DNA of 33,442 nucleotides from an uncultured Nitrospinaceae bacterium (GTDB lineage Bacteria; UBA8248): NCBI GenBank assembly GCA_964456425.1, contig CAYWAX010000002.1, positions 1 to 33,442 of the forward strand, read 5' to 3'. Shown piece by piece: positions 1 to 8,103 of this stretch (position 1 is its first letter; each line of letters starts with the position of its first letter). The notes under the pieces were generated by a model. It saw only the letters and a program-made list of their open reading frames with translations, ran no database searches and was not told where the DNA came from. The position numbers and the translations under genes were made by a program.

Positions 1-582
1 ACTTAAATAAACGGATTTTTTTATTTTATCCACTTCAGACTGATCTTCTACTTGTATGCCAAGAGAATCCATAAATCGATTCCATAAATTAAAAGTTCCA
101 CACATAAGTGTTAGTTCAACAATTTCATTATCTGAAAAACTCTTTTTAACGACTTCAAAAACATCATCTCTAGAACGGGCAGTATTTTTTGTTACATGTT
201 CTGCCCATAACACTGCAGCCTTTTCTCTATCTGACAAAATTGAAGAATCCATGTATTCGTCGCTTACAATAGATGATACCTGTTCTTCTGTAATCCCTGC
301 CGCTTGTCCAAGCGCCGTATTATGCGCAAGTCAATAATCACATCCATTAACCTGACTGGTTTTGATGATTACTATTTCCTTGATTTTTGATGAAAGATAA
401 CTCCCCGCACCTTCTCTTTGCATAACTGCACTAAATAGAAGAAAAAATTTTGAAACCATAGGGATATTACCTAAAACCCTGACAGAATGAGGAACCCTTC
501 CAATCATTGCCGTACTTGCATCATATAAATCCTTAGTAGCTCCTTTTGCATCATCCAATTCAACCATTTTAATTTTAGACAT
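1..582 (-). CDS. AhpD/carboxymuconolactone-decarboxylase (CMD) family peroxidase-like protein, predicted selenoprotein. In-frame TGA (Sec) at 331..333. 3' end runs off the window.
   Basis: The track ORF 331..582 ends ...KTSQVNGCDY at a TGA. Reading through in the same frame stays open to base 1 and gives U-LAHNTALGQAAGITEEQVSSIVSDEYMDSSILSDREKAAVLWAEHVTKNTARSRDDVFEVVKKSFSDNEIVELTLMCGTFNLWNRFMDSLGIQVEDQSEV... This matches the family pattern CxYC-x-HH..., ErEkAAl.wAE.vT, eIvELt....fN.wNRf. Strong SD (AAGGAGG) lies 6 nt upstream of the ATG at 582. Confidence 0.85.
296..330 (-). promoter_or_regulatory. Candidate bacterial SECIS-like hairpin immediately 3' of the UGA
   Basis: Minus-strand RNA after the UGA is CUUGC-GCAUAAUACGG-CGCUU-GGAC-AAGCG-GCAGG. 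The apical stem CGCUU/AAGCG (plus-strand 301..314) has a 4-nt GGAC loop and starts 17 nt after the UGA. A possible lower stem is CUUGC/GCAGG. Folded by eye only. Confidence 0.4.
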
Positions 583-628
583 TTAAATAATCCTCCTTAT
601 AGACCTAAGAATAAGACATCTTATAATT

Positions 629-1231
629 TTATGATTCTTTCGTAAAAACATTTAAATACCAATCTTTAAATTTTCTAAATGCTATTGATCTATGACTAAT
701 GTCATTTTTATGATTCTGTGATAAATGTGCAACAGTACATTTTAAGTTTGGAAGATAGAAAATTGGATCATAACCGAATCCGTGTTGCCCTTTAGAATTT
801 TCTGCAATCATCCCTTCAAGATACCCTGTAAATGAGTAATATTTCCCGTCCAAATTATAAAAAACAACTAAACTTACGAATCTAGCAGTACGATTTTCAA
901 TTGGGATACCTTCTAATTTTTTTAAAAGTAGTGTATTTTTCTCTTCATCAGAAAGTCCTGGACCACCAAATCTTGCGGAAAAGACTCCTAGTTCATCAGG
1001 AATTGCATCCACTTCTATGCCTGAATCATCTGCAAGAACTGGCATTCCAGTCAACTGGCTTGCACTTTTTGCTTTTAGTAAAGCGTTTTCTAAATAATTG
1101 GTACCTGTCTCTTCAACTACAATCTGTCTTCCTATCTCATCCAGCGTCAAAATATCAATTTTCATAGAAGATAAAAGTTTTTTTACTTCAAGGATTTTAT
1201 GTTGATTGTTACTAAAAAAAAGAATTTTCAT
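629..1231 (-). CDS. rdgB: Non-canonical purine NTP pyrophosphatase (RdgB/HAM1 family)
   Basis: 200 aa with Ham1-family motifs ETGTNYLENALLKA, LADDSGIEVDA, GVFSARF, GFGYDPIF. Overlaps the rph stop by 4 nt, the usual rph-rdgB pairing. Confidence 0.9.
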   Translation of the reverse strand: MKILFFSNNQHKILEVKKLLSSMKIDILTLDEIGRQIVVEETGTNYLENALLKAKSASQLTGMPVLADDSGIEVDAIPDELGVFSARFGGPGLSDEEKNTLLLKKLEGIPIENRTARFVSLVVFYNLDGKYYSFTGYLEGMIAENSKGQHGFGYDPIFYLPNLKCTVAHLSQNHKNDISHRSIAFRKFKDWYLNVFTKES

Positions 1232-1965
1232 TTTTTGGGAAAATATACAGATTGCATGTCGATAAGTTCACTAATCCCTTTTTGAGCAAGAGATATCAAA
1301 CGAGACATATCACTTTTCCGAAAAGGATCTCCTTCGGCAGTACCCTGAAGTTCAACAAAATGACTTTTCTCAGTCATTACTATATTCATGTCAACATCTG
1401 CCCTCACATCCTCACTATAATCTAGATCAAGAATACATTTCCCATCTACAATACCAACACTAATAGCAGCAACTAACCCCTTCAAAGGATTATCGGCAAT
1501 CTTCTTTTCTTTTAAAAGTTTATCAACTGCTCTACAAAGAGCAATATATCCTCCCGTAATGGAAGCACATCTTGTTCCACCATCTGCTTGGATCACATCA
1601 CAATCTACATAGACGGTAAATCCATCTAGTGGCTTTAAATCAACAACAGCTCTTAAAGAACGTCCAATTAATCTTTGTATTTCTACAGAACGTCCTCCTC
1701 GAGCTCTATCACGAGAAATACGATCCGAACCACTTCCAGGCAACATAGCGTACTCTGATGTTAGCCATCCTTCTCCTGAATTTCTTTTATGCCTAGGAAC
1801 TCTTTCTTCTACAGAAGCCGTACATAGAACTCTTGTATTTCCAATCTGAAAAAGTGCGCTACCAGCACAAGTTTTCACATAATCAACTTCTAAGCTAACT
1901 TTTCTCATTTCGTCCGTATTTCTTTTTTTCTCACGAAAGAAATTATTTGTTTCTTTTTTTTTCAT
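1228..1965 (-). CDS. rph: Ribonuclease PH
   Basis: 245 aa with GWLTSEYAMLPGS and DCDVIQADGGTRCASITGGYIAL, the RNase PH signatures. Confidence 0.94.
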   Translation of the reverse strand: MKKKETNNFFREKKRNTDEMRKVSLEVDYVKTCAGSALFQIGNTRVLCTASVEERVPRHKRNSGEGWLTSEYAMLPGSGSDRISRDRARGGRSVEIQRLIGRSLRAVVDLKPLDGFTVYVDCDVIQADGGTRCASITGGYIALCRAVDKLLKEKKIADNPLKGLVAAISVGIVDGKCILDLDYSEDVRADVDMNIVMTEKSHFVELQGTAEGDPFRKSDMSRLISLAQKGISELIDMQSVYFPKK

Positions 1966-2040
1966 AAAAATTGTCCGATCTAATGTGGAAAATATATTCT
2001 AGAAAAAAACGTAATCTTAAGACAAACAATATATAAATAT

Positions 2041-3033
2041 CTATCCGCCAATTGCACTCATTGTTCTATCAGGTTGTACAAATTCTTTTTGTCCTATTAG
2101 GTGACCAGGTGTTTTAGTAAGCAAAACCTTTCCTAGCCATTTTTTAATAACCTCATCACCCTCATTTCCTCGAAGTAGTTTCTTTAAATCATGCTCATCA
2201 TTTGAAAATAAGCAAGTACGTATCATTCCTTCTGCTGTTAGTCTCATCCTATTACAATCTTCACAAAAAGGTTTTGTCACTGATGGGATAACGCCTATCT
2301 CCCCCTTACCGTCTTCGTAACGATATCTTGTCGCTGGATCAGAGATATTTCCAGAAACTAGTTCAAGTGCACAATTTTTCGAAAGACCATCAAGAATTTC
2401 TTCAGCAGAAAGTACTTTATCTTTATCCCAAGTCTTATCAGCATCTAGAGGCATATACTCAATAAAACGAACTATATGCCCTGTTTCTCTTGCCCAATCC
2501 GCAAAACGAGGAATCTCTTCTTCCGTTAAACCTTTAATTGCTACTGCATTAATCTTAATAGGACTAAAACCCACATCGGATGCAGATTTAATACCTTCCA
2601 AAACTTGTTTCAACTGGTTTCTTCTTGTCATAAATAGAAATTTCTCTTCATCAAGTGTATCAAGACTGATATTGATTCTTCTCAATCCAGCTTGATACAA
2701 ATCTTTCGCTACAGCAGGAAGAAGTATCCCATTAGTTGTCAATGCAAGATCCATTTTAGGTTGAATATTTAACATTCCTGAGATAAGCAAAGAAAGATCT
2801 TTTCTCAGTAGGGGCTCACCTCCCGTAATATGAAAACTATCAAAACCAAGATCTGTAGTTATTCTTATAACTCGCAAGATCTCCTCATAGGACAAAACCT
2901 CATCATGAGGTAACCATTCCATGCCTTCCTCTGGCATACAATAGAAGCATCGAAAATTACACCTGTCTGTCACTGAAATTCTCAGATCGTTATGACCTCG
3001 CCCATATTTATCAAAAAGTTGAATCTGTGACAT
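2041..3033 (-). CDS. moaA: GTP 3',8-cyclase (molybdenum cofactor biosynthesis protein A)
   Basis: Radical SAM CNFRCFYC, second cluster CEDCNRMRLTAEGMIRTC, C-terminal Gly-Gly. I place the start at the ATG at 3033 (MSQIQLF...), which has AAGGAA 9 nt upstream. The track start at 3099 would overlap the upstream gene. Confidence 0.92.
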   Translation of the reverse strand: MSQIQLFDKYGRGHNDLRISVTDRCNFRCFYCMPEEGMEWLPHDEVLSYEEILRVIRITTDLGFDSFHITGGEPLLRKDLSLLISGMLNIQPKMDLALTTNGILLPAVAKDLYQAGLRRINISLDTLDEEKFLFMTRRNQLKQVLEGIKSASDVGFSPIKINAVAIKGLTEEEIPRFADWARETGHIVRFIEYMPLDADKTWDKDKVLSAEEILDGLSKNCALELVSGNISDPATRYRYEDGKGEIGVIPSVTKPFCEDCNRMRLTAEGMIRTCLFSNDEHDLKKLLRGNEGDEVIKKWLGKVLLTKTPGHLIGQKEFVQPDRTMSAIGG

Positions 3034-3052
3034 TGAATTACATTCCTTTTTT

Positions 3053-5020
3053 TTAAAATTCTTCAATGACCGTACCAGACAATTCTGTTTTATATCCACC
3101 TAACGATGAAACATTTTCAAGAAAGTCACTATCTTTCAAAATAGATATCAAATTCACACCTAAATTTGAGTTTGCAAATTCGACAGGAAAAACAAAATCA
3201 AATCTTTCTTTATGCAATGGAATAAAATCAAGACCTAAAAGATTTGAGGCCGAACGAACACCCAATCCAGCGTCAGCTCGTCCAGAAGATATCGCCATTG
3301 CTACACCAATATGAGTAGTCTCAATTTGATCATAACCTAAAAAATCCGAATGATGTAACCCTTCTTTTTCCATAAAATGATCGAATAAGACTCTTGTGCC
3401 TGCACCTGACTGTCGATTCACTATAGATAGATCTTTTAATGCAAGATCTGAAAAGTTTTTTATATTTTTAGGGTTCCCAGATCTCACGAAAATACCTTGT
3501 TCTCTTTCGACAAAGTTTACAAGAACCATTTCAGTATTCGGTATATACCTTTTAATATAAGACCAATTATATTCTCCACTAACAGGGTCTAAAAGATGGG
3601 TCCCCGCAAAATGTGCTTCTTCATTTTTTAATGCAATCAGACCAGCCATCGAACCTACGGATGAAATTGATAATTGATATCCGAACTTACGTTGCAAAGC
3701 AACAATTAACAAATCTAAAGCATTATCGTGACTTCCTACCATAAGAATATTCTTTTCAATTTTATCTAATGGTCTAAGAAGTTCGACCTCTAATTCTTGA
3801 TTCGCCTCTAAACCTTCTGAATTTCGTGGAACTCTTACTATACCGTCTGCTTCAACAAGACTACTAATAACGCTTGCGCCTCGCTTTGCAGGTATTGCAA
3901 GCATTTTGTCTTTTACAATTCCCATTTTCACTCTTAAAAATTCTTCCATTCCAAGTCTTGAAGCAGTTTTACGACCTAACATAGCTTTTACTTTTTGGTT
4001 ACTTGGAGCATTTATTCCAATTAAATGTGCAAGAATAGGCTTTACAAATTCTGACATAGCTAACACAGCAGAAACTGGGTACCCCGGTATTCCAAAAACA
4101 GTTTTCTCAATATCTTTACTATTTTTACATAATCCCATAATCGTTGGTTTCCCTGGGAAAATTGCAACTCCATGGACTAATAATTTTCCAAGTTTCTGTA
4201 TAATTGAAGAAGTATAATCCTCTCTTCCAGCAGAAGAGCCTGCGTTTACTAAGACAACGTCAAATTTTTCAACTGCTTCACTAACAACTTTTTCAATCTC
4301 TTCAAAATTATCTTTTACTATAGGAAAAACTTTTGAAACTGCACCCCAACCTTTCAGCATATTAGACATAACAACTGAGTTGAATTCGAGTAAATCTCCA
4401 TCCTGTAGTTCTTTTCCTGGAGGAACAAGTTCATCTCCTGTTGGAATAATTGCTACTTTAAGACGTTTTCGAACTTCGATATTTAAAATTCCTGATGCTA
4501 GCAAGGCACCTAGATCCACTGCAGACAATAGATGCCCGGCTGGAAAAATCAATTGTCCTTCTACAATATCTTCTCCTGCAACACGAACATTTTGCCAAGG
4601 AGAAGTTGAAAATTCGAGTTGAATCTCATTTTCTGATATCTGATTAACATTCTCAATCATAACAACTGCGTCTGTATCTAGTGGTAAAGGATCACCAGTA
4701 TCTAAGGGAAAAATATCGGTATCAATCTTGAATGACTTCGGATTTATTGGGCTAGCACCAAAAGTTTTTTTAGCCTCAATACCATACCCATCCATTGCCG
4801 CAGCATGAAAATGTGGACTAGATATAAGAGCATTTACTGGAATATGAGTAATTCTATCCAATGCATCTTGAACGGGAATATTTTCCGAAGAAAATTCTTG
4901 GACTTCACCTATCTCTTGAAGAAGTCTCTCTAAAGCTTTTTCCCTTGGTATATTTTCAAGATAGTACTTCCTGCCGTTAAGAGGTAAGAGTGAATCTGTC
5001 AACTTTGTCCTCCAAATCAA
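3053..5020 (-). CDS. MoeA-like molybdopterin molybdotransferase fused to a C-terminal periplasmic-binding-protein-like (putative molybdate/tungstate-binding) domain
   Basis: 655 aa. The N-terminal ~410 aa carry MoeA motifs (AAMDGYGI, IIPTGDELV, NAGSSAGREDY, IFPGKPTI, GIPGYPVSA). The C-terminal ~240 aa (MVGSHDNALDLL...NRQSGAGTRVLFD...) resemble a type-2 binding-protein fold. TTG start with no clear SD, so the start is uncertain. Confidence 0.82.
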   Translation of the reverse strand: MIWRTKLTDSLLPLNGRKYYLENIPREKALERLLQEIGEVQEFSSENIPVQDALDRITHIPVNALISSPHFHAAAMDGYGIEAKKTFGASPINPKSFKIDTDIFPLDTGDPLPLDTDAVVMIENVNQISENEIQLEFSTSPWQNVRVAGEDIVEGQLIFPAGHLLSAVDLGALLASGILNIEVRKRLKVAIIPTGDELVPPGKELQDGDLLEFNSVVMSNMLKGWGAVSKVFPIVKDNFEEIEKVVSEAVEKFDVVLVNAGSSAGREDYTSSIIQKLGKLLVHGVAIFPGKPTIMGLCKNSKDIEKTVFGIPGYPVSAVLAMSEFVKPILAHLIGINAPSNQKVKAMLGRKTASRLGMEEFLRVKMGIVKDKMLAIPAKRGASVISSLVEADGIVRVPRNSEGLEANQELEVELLRPLDKIEKNILMVGSHDNALDLLIVALQRKFGYQLSISSVGSMAGLIALKNEEAHFAGTHLLDPVSGEYNWSYIKRYIPNTEMVLVNFVEREQGIFVRSGNPKNIKNFSDLALKDLSIVNRQSGAGTRVLFDHFMEKEGLHHSDFLGYDQIETTHIGVAMAISSGRADAGLGVRSASNLLGLDFIPLHKERFDFVFPVEFANSNLGVNLISILKDSDFLENVSSLGGYKTELSGTVIEEF

Positions 5021-5031
5021 AAAATACTTAT

Positions 5032-6273
5032 TTAGTAAAGTAAAATTTCTACTTCTGTTTCTGCAACTAATCCATCAAAATCAGTGGGAATAATCAAGTA
5101 TCCATCAGCCTTCGTCATGGTTGAAATCATTGCGGAATTTCCCATCAATGGAGAAGCAATTAATTTTTCTCCTTCTAATTCTAAACTTACGCGAATCATA
5201 TCTTCCCTACCTGGAGCAGAAGGCAAATTTCTAGATAAACAAGCTAATACTTTGCCTTTTTGCGAAACAAGAATATCTTTTTCCCCTCTTAACCTTCTTA
5301 TTACAGGAACTACAAATTTGTGGAAAATCATCATCGCAGAAACAGGATGTCCTGGAATTCCTATTAAAACTTTGTTTCCACCTTCGATATCAAGACGTCC
5401 GACAATAGTTGGTTTTCCTGGCTTAATAGAAATCCCATGAATTAAAACACCGGGTTCTCCTAATGAATTGATAGCAGATACCGTAAAATCTCTCATTCCC
5501 ATAGAACTTCCTCCAGAAACAAGAACAATATCTACATCTTGAATAACCTTTTCCAATCTACCTTGTATAAGTTCTAGATCATCCGGAAGGATGTCTTCTA
5601 CTATAGGTATACAATCCATTTCAGAAACTGCCGCCGCAAGTGAAAATCTATTGATGTCACGAATTTGTCCTGGCTTTGTTTTTTGTCCTGGACCAACCAA
5701 TTCATCCCCTGTAGGTAATATAGCAATTTTCGGACGTGCGCTTACTCGAACCTTCGTTATACCCACTCCAAATAACGCTCCAATATCATGACTCTTTAGC
5801 GATATCCCAGATCCTAAAAAATTTTCTCCTTTTTTTAGGTCATCTCCTACATTTAGAATATTTTCACCAACAGAGGTAGCTTTTAGGACCTCTAGAGTTT
5901 TATCATCCATTAAATTCGTATACTCCTGCATTATAACGCAATCCGAACCCTCTGGTAGCATTCCACCAGTACTGATTCTTGCTGCTTGACCTCTTTCCAA
6001 TTTAAATTTTGGTTCTTCACCCATTAAAATATGACCAACTAGTTCTAAATAAGTTGGAATAGAATCATTCGCACCAAATGTATCTTTTGCCTTTAAGGCA
6101 TATCCATCCATTGTCGATCTTGCAAAATCTGGCAAATCTACAGGACTATATATATCTTCTGCTAATATACGAGATATAGCTGAATCCGCATCAAGAATTT
6201 CAGGTTGAAGAGGTGAAAATTCTGATATGGTCTGTAACACTTTTTCAGAGGAGACAACCTCAAAAAATTCCAA
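5032..6273 (-). CDS. moeA: Molybdopterin molybdotransferase MoeA
   Basis: 413 aa with STMDGYAL, ISTGGMLPEG, ILPTGDELV, SGGSSMGMRDF, IKPGKPTI, GIPGHPVSA. TTG start with AGAAGGA SD 6 nt upstream. Confidence 0.88.
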   Translation of the reverse strand: MEFFEVVSSEKVLQTISEFSPLQPEILDADSAISRILAEDIYSPVDLPDFARSTMDGYALKAKDTFGANDSIPTYLELVGHILMGEEPKFKLERGQAARISTGGMLPEGSDCVIMQEYTNLMDDKTLEVLKATSVGENILNVGDDLKKGENFLGSGISLKSHDIGALFGVGITKVRVSARPKIAILPTGDELVGPGQKTKPGQIRDINRFSLAAAVSEMDCIPIVEDILPDDLELIQGRLEKVIQDVDIVLVSGGSSMGMRDFTVSAINSLGEPGVLIHGISIKPGKPTIVGRLDIEGGNKVLIGIPGHPVSAMMIFHKFVVPVIRRLRGEKDILVSQKGKVLACLSRNLPSAPGREDMIRVSLELEGEKLIASPLMGNSAMISTMTKADGYLIIPTDFDGLVAETEVEILLY

Positions 6274-6400
6274 TTCAAATCCTTCTCTTAACGAAAAAAA
6301 GAAAATTCCCTAACAAAAGTAAATACTCAAAATATTTTAAAATGGCTACTTAAGAAAACCAAAAGATTGATTCAGGAAAAATCTATGGAAAATGCATATA

Positions 6401-6598
6401 TCATTTTTTATTTAAAGATTCTTCATCTGAAGGAGATTCCTCCTTTATAGAATCAGAATCTTCGTTAATCCCCTTCTTGAAACTTCGAATCCCTTTTGCA
6501 AGACCAGAGCCTATATCTGGAAGTCGTTTTGCACCGAAAACGAGAACACATATAGCCAAAATAACTAGTAGTTCTGTAAATCCCATATTAAAAGGCAT
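6401..6598 (-). CDS. tatA: Twin-arginine translocase subunit TatA/E
   Basis: 65 aa: one N-terminal TM helix, then the [23 protein letters not shown] amphipathic motif and an acidic tail. AGGAGG SD upstream. Confidence 0.85.
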   Translation of the reverse strand: MPFNMGFTELLVILAICVLVFGAKRLPDIGSGLAKGIRSFKKGINEDSDSIKEESPSDEESLNKK

Positions 6599-6630
6599 CT
6601 TTTTGAAAACCTCCTAAAGTCTTTATAGGT

Positions 6631-7809
6631 TTATGACTCAGAAAAAACATTAGCACAAGCAGAAACACCTGCTCCAACTTTGTCGTTATACCCCATTTTC
6701 TTGAAAATTACCTCAAGTGCAGAAAGGAAATAAACTACATTAGCCTGAGATGCACCATGGCCCATCATGCCTACTCGCCATATTTTTCCAGCCAACGGTC
6801 CAAGACCACCTCCAATTTCAATATTGAAATCATTTAAAAGGGTTTTCCTTATTGCACCATCATCTAAACCATCATAGAGAGAAATTGTATTTAGAGTAGG
6901 GGTTCTTGCACCCTCCTTTGCAAACATAGAAAGCCCCAAAGCTTCGACACCCCTTTGTAGAGCTAAACTTGCTAGCTTATGTCTTACAAAACGCTTCTCT
7001 AAACCTTCATCAAAAATAATCCTTAAAGCTTCTCTTATTGCATAGTTCATCGTAATCGGGCCAGTATGATGATATACGCGATCATTTCCCCAATACTTTT
7101 CGACCATGCTTACATCAAAGTACCAACTCGTAACTTTATTTTTTCTCTCACGAACCTTACCTAGAGCACGCTCTCCAAAAGTTATTGGAGCCACACCAGG
7201 TGGACATGATAAACATTTTTGAGTTCCACTATACGCAATCTGGACTCCCCAGTTATCAATTTCAACTGGGACTCCTGCAAGAGATGTAACACAATCAAGT
7301 AATAATAGTGCATCATGTTCTCTACAAATTGCTCCTATGTCTTCCATTGGTTGTAGTACTCCAGTGCTAGTTTCTGCGTGTACTATTCCTACCAGAGATA
7401 CTCCTGGATTTGATTTTAATGCTTCTTCAAGATCACTTGGATTTATAGGTTGTCCCCAAGGAGCCTCTACACGAATAACCTCTGCACCAAATCGACCTGC
7501 AACATCCGCCATTCTTTCACCAAAAACTCCATTAATACATATAACTGCTTTGTCTCCCTCTTCAATAACATTACAAATAGAAGCCTCCATCGCAGCACTT
7601 CCGGTACCTGAAACTGGAAAAGTAACTTCATTTTTTGTATTAAAAAGTTCGCGCAACATCTTCTGACAATCATCCATTACTTTCAAAAAATAAGGATCTA
7701 AATGACCTATGACATGCGTACTCATAGCTTTTAAAACACTAGGATGAACAGGACTCGGTCCTGGACCAAGAAGTAGACGCAAATCTGGATTTAATTCTTC
7801 AACCAACAT
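6631..7809 (-). CDS. Class-V PLP aminotransferase (alanine/serine-glyoxylate or serine-pyruvate aminotransferase-like)
   Basis: 392 aa with LLLGPGPSPVHPSVL at the N-terminus and SGTQKCLSCPPG (PLP lysine motif). GGGGAG SD upstream. Confidence 0.85.
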   Translation of the reverse strand: MLVEELNPDLRLLLGPGPSPVHPSVLKAMSTHVIGHLDPYFLKVMDDCQKMLRELFNTKNEVTFPVSGTGSAAMEASICNVIEEGDKAVICINGVFGERMADVAGRFGAEVIRVEAPWGQPINPSDLEEALKSNPGVSLVGIVHAETSTGVLQPMEDIGAICREHDALLLLDCVTSLAGVPVEIDNWGVQIAYSGTQKCLSCPPGVAPITFGERALGKVRERKNKVTSWYFDVSMVEKYWGNDRVYHHTGPITMNYAIREALRIIFDEGLEKRFVRHKLASLALQRGVEALGLSMFAKEGARTPTLNTISLYDGLDDGAIRKTLLNDFNIEIGGGLGPLAGKIWRVGMMGHGASQANVVYFLSALEVIFKKMGYNDKVGAGVSACANVFSES

Positions 7810-7983
7810 AATTACTCCCCAATAAAAGGCAACAACGACCCAAAAAAAGTAAAAGTTTAAAAAATAATAAGTATCGATAGTATCATAAAGAATAAAATAA
7901 TTTAAAATATTGTAACGATTAAATTAGAACAAAAAATATGTAAATTTTAAAATCAGATTGACTTTATAGTATGCAGAGACAAA

Positions 7984-8044
7984 AATTAGGATTATTTTCT
8001 TTGTAGTATCCTAATTCGACACCATGCAACTAAGGCGTCGAATT
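7984..8044 (+). promoter_or_regulatory. Two overlapping perfect inverted repeats in the leader/promoter of the ThDP-enzyme gene (candidate operator or alternative RNA hairpins)
   Basis: AATTAGGAT(7984-7992)-N15-ATCCTAATT(8008-8016) and AATTCGAC(8013-8020)-N16-GTCGAATT(8037-8044) share the AATT at 8013-8016. A possible -35 TTGACT at 7958-7963 has a weak -10 AAAAAT at 7981-7986 after a 17-nt spacer. Confidence 0.3.
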
Positions 8045-8103
8045 GATGTTTAGTGATTCATATAAAATTTCTATCATTTAATCTTGTAATAAGGAAGAAC
8101 TCT

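Noticed and set aside
56-337. 93-aa plus-strand ORF at the left edge
   Set aside because: It is the antisense shadow of the read-through part of the AhpD-family gene. Its sequence is low-complexity with no motif, while the opposite strand encodes a clearly homologous CMD domain.
3034-3099. Longer N-terminus for moaA (track start at 3099)
   Set aside because: It would overlap the upstream MoeA-fusion gene by 47 nt. The ATG at 3033 has a proper SD and gives a normal MoaA N-terminus.
6274-6400. Possible Moco riboswitch upstream of the moeA-moeA-moaA operon
   Set aside because: The 127-nt spacer is extremely AT-rich and lacks the GC-rich conserved helices of the Moco RNA motif. Only an SD and the TTG start are apparent.
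8053-8103. GTG-initiated 17-aa extension of the first ThDP enzyme; likewise the GTG at 17621 for the PhtD-like gene
   Set aside because: In both cases the internal ATG is preceded by a strong SD that would lie inside the extension, and the family N-termini match the shorter forms.
7810-8103. Possible TPP riboswitch upstream of a ThDP-dependent enzyme
   Set aside because: I could not find the conserved CUGAGA / ACCUGAUCUGGAUAAUGCCAGCG-type core. ThDP-using enzymes, unlike thiamine biosynthesis genes, are not normally under this riboswitch.
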